Shown: in pieces, positions 25,120-31,108 of the stretch
Position numbering within the stretch: the stretch's first letter is position 1
Layout of the letters: each line of letters begins with the position of its first letter
IMG/VR virus record: IMGVR_UViG_3300034357_000180
Coordinates: 1 to 31,108 of that record
Strand: one strand, 5' to 3'
DNA: 31,108 nucleotides
DNA from: a virus
Taxonomy: Duplodnaviria > Caudoviricetes
Program-made: the position numbers and the translations under genes
The notes under the pieces: generated by a model
Database searches by the model: none
What the model was told of the DNA's origin: nothing
The model's input: the letters and a program-made list of their open reading frames with translations, nothing else

Positions 25120-25526
25120 CAGATAAAATCCTCTTGCGCGGCGAGTAGCTCTAGCTCTGGGTCGGAAAGTTTACGTAAGTGTTTACGGGTTTCCGATCCT
25201 TCGCCGGACCGGGAGAATACGCGGCGGTATGCCTCACGTATCCGCGGGTCGTTTAAACCTTCTAGGCGGTCGGTGTGCTGCGGGTGATACCAGTCCGCAA
25301 AGCTCACGCCGCCCCATATGCCATGCTTTTCTTCGGTCTCGAAAGCGTGCTTACGGCAGTCGTAGGCGACCGGGCAGCGGTCGCATACTTCGCGCGCCTG
25401 AGACGTGGCCGAATAAAACGTTTCGGTCGGTACGTTCTCGATTCGGCAGAGCGCGTCGGTCATCCAGTCGGTTACGCCTTGCTTGCGGTGTCGCGCCCTA
25501 AACCATGCTAGACGGGTGTCAGTCAT
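25119..25526 (-). CDS. whiB: WhiB-family Fe-S transcription factor
   Basis: W...ALC...FY...AREVCDRCPVAYDC...HGIWGG; likely start MTDTRL. Confidence 0.92.
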   Translation of the reverse strand: MTDTRLAWFRARHRKQGVTDWMTDALCRIENVPTETFYSATSQAREVCDRCPVAYDCRKHAFETEEKHGIWGGVSFADWYHPQHTDRLEGLNDPRIREAYRRVFSRSGEGSETRKHLRKLSDPELELLAAQEDFI

Positions 25527-26055
25527 TAGACGCCGCCCACCTAACCGAATCCACGCCATAAGATCGACAGAGAGCGCGCACGTCAATTAGGGCTATCTTT
25601 GTATAGTAATGCGCGCGATCGTTGCCGCGTCTTTTGAACGTTTTTATAGCTGTGAGTAGTTCTACTAGTTCGTCTATTTCGTCTTCCTGCTGAACGGAAA
25701 GAAGCGCAACCGTTTCGCGTGGCGACACAATAAACCGCGGTTCTTTGCGCTTCTGCTCTTTTCTTTTCTGCCATGAGACCCGGACCGCTTCGGCGTGCTT
25801 ATCCGTCTCGGCAATATTGAAACCCGGCGAGCGGTTAGCGATTACGCGCGATTCCTGCTCTTTAGCTTCGTCCCGCGACGCGTAAAAAGTGTGCCTAACT
25901 TCCGTTTGCTGACTCCACCATTTAGCGGACCGACGGTGTTCGTTCAATCGTCGCTTTAGATCGTTGGTTATACCAACGTAAAGCAAATTACCGAACGCGT
26001 CGTATGCTTCGTATAGGTAGGTTTGCTCCGTGTAGTTTCTAGTTCCTGTTTTCAT
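25519..26055 (-). CDS. GIY-YIG domain protein
   Basis: YLY...LLYVGITNDLKRRLNEH...E..VI....PGFN. Confidence 0.85.
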   Translation of the reverse strand: MKTGTRNYTEQTYLYEAYDAFGNLLYVGITNDLKRRLNEHRRSAKWWSQQTEVRHTFYASRDEAKEQESRVIANRSPGFNIAETDKHAEAVRVSWQKRKEQKRKEPRFIVSPRETVALLSVQQEDEIDELVELLTAIKTFKRRGNDRAHYYTKIALIDVRALCRSYGVDSVRWAASND

Positions 26056-26420
26056 AGTTTCCCCTTACGTATGTCTTCGATAACTTGCCCGAACGTACCA
26101 CTAAACCAGTCTGTACCGTGACCCGGTAGCCATCGCGCAGACCATTGCGCCACGTCCGGTACACCACGGGTCCGACGTACCACGATAGGCAGTCGGTCCG
26201 GTCCCGCTTGCGTTTCCGCTTGTCGGCACCATGACGGCCACGCCGACGCGGCCACGTCTTTAACCTCAATCACTACGCCCGGTATAGCGTCTATGTCGCC
26301 CGGTTGCCGTCCGTCGCCAGCTAAATAGCGTCGCGCGTCCGGGTAGCCGTTGTCACGTAACCAGTTAACTACCTTGCGTTCCGCATCGGCACCACGCCGC
26401 CGAGACGCCGCGCCCGTCAT
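26052..26420 (-). CDS. Holliday junction resolvase, PD-(D/E)XK (Hjc-like)
   Basis: RRGADAERKVVNWL...GDI...IEVK; likely start MTGAAS. Confidence 0.85.
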   Translation of the reverse strand: MTGAASRRRGADAERKVVNWLRDNGYPDARRYLAGDGRQPGDIDAIPGVVIEVKDVAASAWPSWCRQAETQAGPDRLPIVVRRTRGVPDVAQWSARWLPGHGTDWFSGTFGQVIEDIRKGKL

Positions 26421-26512
26421 AGTTTCCCGGCCACGATTAAATAAACAAAAAACATAAACGCCCATACGATCGCGCATACCGCGACCATCGGCCATACCGG
26501 TTCTCTATCCAT
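26417..26512 (-). CDS. 31-aa single-TM peptide (not in ORF track)
   Basis: MDREPVWPMVAVCAIVWAFMFFVYLIVAGKL; AAGGG RBS; ATGA overlap with the resolvase. Confidence 0.6.
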   Translation of the reverse strand: MDREPVWPMVAVCAIVWAFMFFVYLIVAGKL

Positions 26513-26834
26513 TGTCTACCCTTCGTACTAGCAGACCGTACGCGTATGCGTCGGCCGGGTTCTCATGCGTCCACGTATGATGCCCACGACAGATAGCAAT
26601 AACTACCGTCGGGTCTAGGTGCGCTCCCGGATGCGTAGCCCGTGGCGTAATCTCATGCGCGTCGAGACCGCCGAAACAAACGACCTGCGGAACTATCGCA
26701 GCGGCTTCGCAACGGTAGTCGGCTTTCTCGAATACGTCGCGCCGAAGATTCATACGCTCCGCATATTCGGCCCGTCGCTTTTTAGACATTTTCGCTAGCG
26801 GTTTGTTCCTGCGTAACGGTCCCGAACGTTTCAT
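26505..26834 (-). CDS. HNH-type nuclease (Ref/NinG-like)
   Basis: MKRSGPLRR basic N-terminus; RCE...C...DAHEITPR...ICRGHHTWTHENP..A...GLL. Confidence 0.75.
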   Translation of the reverse strand: MKRSGPLRRNKPLAKMSKKRRAEYAERMNLRRDVFEKADYRCEAAAIVPQVVCFGGLDAHEITPRATHPGAHLDPTVVIAICRGHHTWTHENPADAYAYGLLVRRVDNG

Positions 26835-27024
26835 ATTCACCCGCCCCAATTAGTTCTAGATCGAAATACGGTAGACGAATACGCCGACCGCCGACCACGA
26901 CAGTAGCGATAAGCGACCGCGGCGTAACATACTGCATACGCCCTAGACGACCATCCGGTAACCGGACAAGCTGCCGGTTATGCGCTTCCCATTGCGAAAC
27001 CGTTAAGCGTTTGCGTTTAGCCAT
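26782..27024 (-). CDS. Hypothetical protein
   Basis: Fills the gap between erf and the HNH gene; beta-rich. Confidence 0.55.
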   Translation of the reverse strand: MAKRKRLTVSQWEAHNRQLVRLPDGRLGRMQYVTPRSLIATVVVGGRRIRLPYFDLELIGAGEYETFGTVTQEQTASENV

Positions 27025-27647
27025 GTAACGACCGCTTCGGCTTGCTTAACCGTCAAAGATTCGGAAAGCTTCGGAATATTAGTAGTTGCGCGCCATTGCC
27101 CGTACTGGTCGAGAATGTCGGCGGGTAGTGACGCTAACCGGGTATGTAGTTCGTCCACGGTTGCGCGCGTAGCAGTCGGTTCGCCGGATGGTTTCGCTAC
27201 GGGCTGGCGTTTCGGTTTCGGTGCGGCCTCGAATACTTCCGCGTCCGGGTCCGGGTCGTCGGTCGGAATAGTGAGGGTCTGTAGTAGGCACGTCCGATAC
27301 GCGACGCTATACGCCTTCGCTAAAGCTTTGTCGCCCATGTCGAAAGACTCGCCGTATACGACCGCTGCGAGTGAGTCCCCTTCGGGACCGTAAAATACGT
27401 ACCGGATTTTCACGACCACGCGCGTAGCCGTCTTACCGCTAGCAAGCTGCATAGGCTCAAATTGAACGTCTTCGGTTTGCGGTATACAAATAATGCCATG
27501 CTTCCGAAACGCCGGACCGCACGCATTCATAACCGCATCGATACCGCGAAAGTTAAACCGCTGCGCTTCGTTCTTACTGTCCTTGCGTACGCTACGTACG
27601 TCTTCGGATGCGGCCGCGAGAGCCTGCACAACACTTAGCGTAGTCAT
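27003..27647 (-). CDS. erf: ERF-family single-strand annealing protein
   Basis: KDSKN..QRFNFRGIDAV...GESFDMGDKALAKAYSVAYR..L..IPTDDPDPD. Confidence 0.9.
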   Translation of the reverse strand: MTTLSVVQALAAASEDVRSVRKDSKNEAQRFNFRGIDAVMNACGPAFRKHGIICIPQTEDVQFEPMQLASGKTATRVVVKIRYVFYGPEGDSLAAVVYGESFDMGDKALAKAYSVAYRTCLLQTLTIPTDDPDPDAEVFEAAPKPKRQPVAKPSGEPTATRATVDELHTRLASLPADILDQYGQWRATTNIPKLSESLTVKQAEAVVTWLNANA

Positions 27648-27817
27648 TCGTTCCCCTTATCGTTGCCACGTCGAGCCAAATAAACGCCCCAACAATTAGG
27701 GCTACAAAGAAGATTTGATTTCCCGGCGTCGATACGTTCTGCGCCTTCCATGCTGACCGGTAGCGTGTATTCGCCACAAGCGCAAGGTCGAGTAGTTTGC
27801 TCCGCTTCTAGTTCCAT
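27644..27817 (-). CDS. 57-aa Cys-containing protein (not in ORF track)
   Basis: MELEAEQTTRPCACGE...LLCSPNCWG...; GGGAG RBS; ATGA overlap with erf. Confidence 0.6.
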   Translation of the reverse strand: MELEAEQTTRPCACGEYTLPVSMEGAERIDAGKSNLLCSPNCWGVYLARRGNDKGNE

Positions 27818-28089
27818 TCGGTACGCTCCCGCTGCCAGTTGTGGCTCTCTTCCATTATGCGCGATCGTTCCTCTAAAGCCCGGTAACGGCGTTCGCGAGC
27901 CTGTTCGCGTTTCGTTTCTGAACGATCATGCAGAATTAGCAGACCGATACCGACCGTAAAAGTTATTAGCGTAAACAACGCTGAGACGATCGTCCCGGCC
28001 GCTATAGAAGTTTCTATAAACCAGTTCAGCGTAAACAACGCGAACCCGGTAAACGCAAAACCGGCACCGTACTTCGCTGCGCTATTCAT
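27808..28089 (-). CDS. Two-TM membrane protein
   Basis: Two hydrophobic helices and a charged tail. Confidence 0.7.
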   Translation of the reverse strand: MNSAAKYGAGFAFTGFALFTLNWFIETSIAAGTIVSALFTLITFTVGIGLLILHDRSETKREQARERRYRALEERSRIMEESHNWQRERTEWN

Positions 28090-28277
28090 ACGTCACGATC
28101 ACTAAGTAGAGCGTTTAACTGGTTAACTGCGTCGCGTAACTTGTCTAGTAGTTGTTGCGGTAGTTCGGTCATTATCTTTACGCCGCCAAGATCGACTACG
28201 TAAAGATCTTCGTTATGCGGTGAGCAGTCGTAAACCGAAACCCGCTCCCGAAGCTGCCCGGTAGTTGTGTATTGCAT
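28086..28277 (-). CDS. Hypothetical protein
   Basis: AGGGG RBS; ATGA coupling to the next gene. Confidence 0.65.
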   Translation of the reverse strand: MQYTTTGQLRERVSVYDCSPHNEDLYVVDLGGVKIMTELPQQLLDKLRDAVNQLNALLSDRDV

Positions 28278-28319
28278 TTTGTCCCCTATCTGTTTGGTTA
28301 GTGGTCTACTAACGGTTAT

Positions 28320-28450
28320 GGCCCGTAGTATTCCGATAGTTGTACCGGTGACGGGTGGCGGTACCCGGAATCGCGCGCTTTCCCAAGTAACGCGACTCGC
28401 CGCTATTTATAAAGCGACCACCGATACAACTACCGCAATACTACGCGGCC
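28320..28450 (-). ncRNA. Candidate structured RNA: ~30-bp stem capped by a four-way junction
   Basis: Arms 28320-28350 and 28419-28450 enclose three abutting hairpins; five G-U pairs form only on the minus strand. Confidence 0.7.
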
Positions 28451-28453
28451 TAC

Positions 28454-28789
28454 TTACTCTCTCCGTAGTGTACGTGTCTCGAATAGGTCGGTAAATTCCG
28501 GGCGACGATTAACCAGTAGTCGGGCGTAGCGGGAAGTAAAATCGTTATCAATTCGGAACGGTTGCCCGGTCGTGGCACGTCGGTAGTTCCATCGCAGCAC
28601 CTCTATTAGATATTTAATGCCTATGCGGCCGTCGCCGTGGCGGTATTCCACGTCTGCGAGCTTCTCTAGCTCATCGGCTACCCACGGGTTTGCGTCGTGA
28701 AAGGCGCGAAACTTGTCGTCTATGGTCTCAAATTTTCCGGTAGTTGTTTGCCATGCCGGAAAGAGTGTAGGTGCTTCGTAGGTGGTCAT
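28454..28789 (-). CDS. Hypothetical phage protein (FxxFHxxNP type)
   Basis: AAGGGG RBS before MTTYEAP; FRAFHDANP...IEVLRW...FRIDNDF..RYARL....PE..DLFETR. Confidence 0.75.
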   Translation of the reverse strand: MTTYEAPTLFPAWQTTTGKFETIDDKFRAFHDANPWVADELEKLADVEYRHGDGRIGIKYLIEVLRWNYRRATTGQPFRIDNDFTSRYARLLVNRRPEFTDLFETRTLRRE

Positions 28790-28849
28790 TCGGTCCCCTT
28801 GCTTAGTGTTGGATAGTTTGCCGCGTCCGTGTGACACTCACGCGGATAG

Positions 28850-29056
28850 TTACATTTCGTCACGGCTAGTAGTGGCGCGGTAATACGTTCTAGCGCGCTG
28901 AGCCAAGACGGCACGACATAAAGAGCAGACCGGTTCACCTCTGCGGCGGTGTCGGACCGCTGCGGCGTACGTTCCGCAAGGCTGTAGCTCCCGTGGCGGT
29001 CGGCCCCGGCGGCGGTCTCGATATTCGCGGGCGCGTTGTGCATCATTCTTCGCCAT
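28850..29056 (-). CDS. Small basic Zn-binding protein, putative DNA binding
   Basis: AQRAREYRDRRR basic helix plus CGT.AA..RH.RRGE.VC..CR motif. Confidence 0.65.
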   Translation of the reverse strand: MAKNDAQRAREYRDRRRGRPPRELQPCGTYAAAVRHRRRGEPVCSLCRAVLAQRARTYYRATTSRDEM

Positions 29057-29264
29057 CGGTTAGGACCGCACCGCCTGTAGTACGGATGTAGTCGGTAAGG
29101 ATTTCGGCGTGTAGGTCTCGTATTACGGCGGCGTCTGCGGCGTACTGATCGTTATTCTCGACCGCTAAAGAATGTACGTAGCCGAGTAGGTGCGAACGGT
29201 ACTGCAATAGCGCAGCGATCAGTAGCCGCCGATCGCCTTCGGTTAGTTCAATAGCTCCGGTCAT
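29043..29264 (-). CDS. Hypothetical protein
   Basis: ATGA-coupled start MTGAIEL. Confidence 0.6.
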   Translation of the reverse strand: MTGAIELTEGDRRLLIAALLQYRSHLLGYVHSLAVENNDQYAADAAVIRDLHAEILTDYIRTTGGAVLTDGEE

Positions 29265-29488
29265 AACGATGCGTCCCATTCTGCTAATTCTTTCGCGTAT
29301 GCAAACGTCCCGGCAGACTCTACGTTTTGCAATTCAAGAGCCTCATAACCAAAACCCGTAACCATTGTCCAACGGCTAACAATCCACCGTCCCGGAAAAT
29401 CGTTACTAAGAACGTACGCGCCTTCGATTTCGTTACCGGTCTCATACCATCCGGCGCGGACCCGCTGCCACTTAAGTTCGGTACTCAT
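29261..29488 (-). CDS. Hypothetical protein
   Basis: ATGA-coupled start MSTELKWQR. Confidence 0.6.
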   Translation of the reverse strand: MSTELKWQRVRAGWYETGNEIEGAYVLSNDFPGRWIVSRWTMVTGFGYEALELQNVESAGTFAYAKELAEWDASL

Positions 29489-29631
29489 GATGCCAAGAAC
29501 CCCCAATAGACGAGAGCTGTGCGAAGGTTGTTTCCGTCGTGCTTTTGGGTCAGTTCGTTTAGAAGTTTTGCGCCTTCGTTCCGGTTGCCGCCTTTGTTGC
29601 TGTACCGGTCTAACATTCTTTCGGTATTCAT
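29485..29631 (-). CDS. Hypothetical protein, first gene of the early operon
   Basis: AAGGGGAG RBS before MNTERML. Confidence 0.6.
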   Translation of the reverse strand: MNTERMLDRYSNKGGNRNEGAKLLNELTQKHDGNNLRTALVYWGFLAS

Positions 29632-29669
29632 TGTCTCCCCTTCGGAGCTGCGGAACGCTTGCCGTCCCG

Positions 29670-29740
29670 ATATGGATATCCAATCACAAACCGTCACGGT
29701 CTGTCAAGCCTTTACTTTTCGGGCCTCTGACGTGGGGAAA
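29670..29740 (-). promoter_or_regulatory. Putative early promoter/operator
   Basis: TTGACA at 29702-29707; palindromes ACCGT-C-ACGGT (29690-29700) and TGGATATCCA (29673-29682); the -10 element is not clear. Confidence 0.5.
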
Positions 29741-29748
29741 TGCACCGG

Positions 29749-29794
29749 AAAACGCAAAATGGCCCGGCCACCCGTAAAGGATGACCGGGCCATT
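29749..29794 (-). terminator. Rho-independent terminator ending the late operon
   Basis: AUGGCCCGGUCAUCC-UUUAC-GGGUGGCCGGGCCAU followed by UUUGCGUUUU. Confidence 0.8.
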
Positions 29795-29934
29795 CGCGAC
29801 CGGCTCTAATGGTATTAGTGACTGGTTGCCCCATACGGTGCAAACCGTCTATTCGGCGCGTGCAGGAATACGCGCCGTCGCTGAGCCGGAGAGCTAAAAC
29901 ACCGCGGCGGCGGCGGTGCTGCCGTAGCGGTCGG

Positions 29935-30144
29935 TCATAACGTCACCGCTGCCCATGCTTTAGCCTCTGCCACAAGGTCGGCGGGTGTGAGTCCGACTGC
30001 GTTTGCGGCGTCTTCGACGGTGAGTACTTCGGTGACTGCGAGGAGTGTGGCTAGTGCGCCTGTCGGGTCAAGCGGTGTTTGCGGCGGGTCGGGTGTCTCC
30101 CAAGTGTGAGTCACACCTTGCGGGTCGGTGAAATGGTGAATCAT
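29935..30144 (-). CDS. Small protein downstream of fibre gene, allele B
   Basis: Homolog of 116-337 with a different C-terminus. Confidence 0.7.
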   Translation of the reverse strand: MIHHFTDPQGVTHTWETPDPPQTPLDPTGALATLLAVTEVLTVEDAANAVGLTPADLVAEAKAWAAVTL

Positions 30145-31108
30145 CAGGTGGCCGCCTTATATCGGAGGTGGATCGGGTTCAACGAACCAGAGTTGCCTGT
30201 TCCCCTTTCAACCCAAGGCAAGGGGCTGGCAGAAAACGCTGCCGCTGTTCGGACGACTTGCGGAGCCGTGATAAACGGGGTGGCCCCGATTGTTTCAACA
30301 AGTGAAGAGACGCCACCGCGAATAGTTCGGTAGGTGGTCTGAACGGAACAATTTAGACCGATCACATAGTTGCCAGCGGGCAAGGTCACGGGTGTGAACT
30401 GGAGGCGATACAGCCCAACGCCAGCGGTTGATGCGGCGACGGCAGCACTAGCCGTAGCGACGGGAGAACCGACAGGCTGTAAATCATTGTCGGCGTTGTA
30501 AACGGCGAGATAGGTCGTGGAGGCCGATGCTGGCCCCGTCGTAACTTCAAAGCCAAACATGTCAACAATGAGCGACTGCGTGATGCGAAACGGGAAGTAA
30601 AAGTCCCGATTCGGATTTAAAGACTGAGAGACGACCGATGACCCTTGCATTTCAGGCACCCCATACGAATATCGGGTCGTATTGATGGTGACGGTCGCGG
30701 CGTTAATTGAGGATTCGGTGAACGCCAACGCGTCGGCGGTTTGCGTGGAGAAGTCAGCGTCGAAGACTGCCGATGTTGTGTTGTCGGCGGTGTCATATGC
30801 GGACTGAACGATGGCGCGATAGACGGTGCCGTCCAAAACGTTATTGCTGCCAAGTGAAACAGAACCAATTTCCAGAGCGGAGGTGCTATCGAAAATACTT
30901 GTCGTGCCAGCAGTCGTAACTGTTGTGCCTAGTTGAGTCCAAGACACTCCGTCATCAGATGTGTAGAACTTGTTCACACGTTGGGACGAACCATTGTTTA
31001 CTTGCAATGTGGCGCGGACCCATTTTGTTGCGCCATCAGCGACACCAGTGGCGACGGTTGAGTCTGTGCCTAACTCCGTTGATCCATCGGCGCTAGTAGT
31101 GAGTTTCA
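29951..31108. repeat. Terminal direct repeat, right copy (matches 144-1301)
   Basis: See left copy. Confidence 0.95.
30144..31108 (-). CDS. Collagen-like fibre, C-terminal part (truncated by window end), allele B
   Basis: Same frame and sequence as 337-1301 except three amino-acid changes near the C-terminus (S/C, I/V, A/V). Confidence 0.9.
   Translation of the reverse strand, partial: KLTTSADGSTELGTDSTVATGVADGATKWVRATLQVNNGSSQRVNKFYTSDDGVSWTQLGTTVTTAGTTSIFDSTSALEIGSVSLGSNNVLDGTVYRAIVQSAYDTADNTTSAVFDADFSTQTADALAFTESSINAATVTINTTRYSYGVPEMQGSSVVSQSLNPNRDFYFPFRITQSLIVDMFGFEVTTGPASASTTYLAVYNADNDLQPVGSPVATASAAVAASTAGVGLYRLQFTPVTLPAGNYVIGLNCSVQTTYRTIRGGVSSLVETIGATPFITAPQVVRTAAAFSASPLPWVERGTGNSGSLNPIHLRYKAAT

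Noticed and set aside
28320-28450. tRNA gene
   Set aside because: No GTTCRA T-loop, no D-loop GG, no 7-nt anticodon loop, and the closing stem is about 30 bp.
28267-28494. 75-aa plus-strand ORF across the structured intergenic region
   Set aside because: Opposite to all other genes, overlaps both neighbours and has no RBS; the RNA structure explains the region better.
29800-29890. Hammerhead ribozyme
   Set aside because: CUCAGCGA...GAAU resembles but does not match the CUGANGA...GAAA core.

Overview
The window is an apparently complete, circularly permuted siphovirus (HK97-fold) genome of about 29.8 kb. Positions 144-1301 recur ungapped at 29951-31108 (offset 29,807 bp). All credible genes lie on the minus strand. 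Reading right to left: early promoter (~29.7 kb), small early genes, ERF recombinase, HNH, Holliday-junction resolvase, GIY-YIG protein, WhiB, Rpf-like lipoprotein, DNA methyltransferase, replication initiator with internal iterons, HNH, probable cos region, stand-alone prim-pol, TerS/TerL, portal, protease, major capsid, neck/tail genes, tape measure, tail tip, endolysin, a phosphoesterase cassette, holin and a collagen-like fibre. WhiB, Rpf and the r1t-type holin point to an actinobacterial host (inference). No integrase, repressor, DNA polymerase, helicase, tRNA or CRISPR array was recognised. The most unusual observations are: a tight four-way-junction structured RNA candidate at 28320-28450; a HiPIP-like 4-Cys domain fused to the prohead protease; a Zn-finger prim-pol between cos and TerS; an Rpf-like lipoprotein in the early region; two non-identical alleles of the fibre tip at the window ends; and a TpA/CpG-rich composition with foreign-looking islands. 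All family calls come from motif recognition by eye, not database searches.
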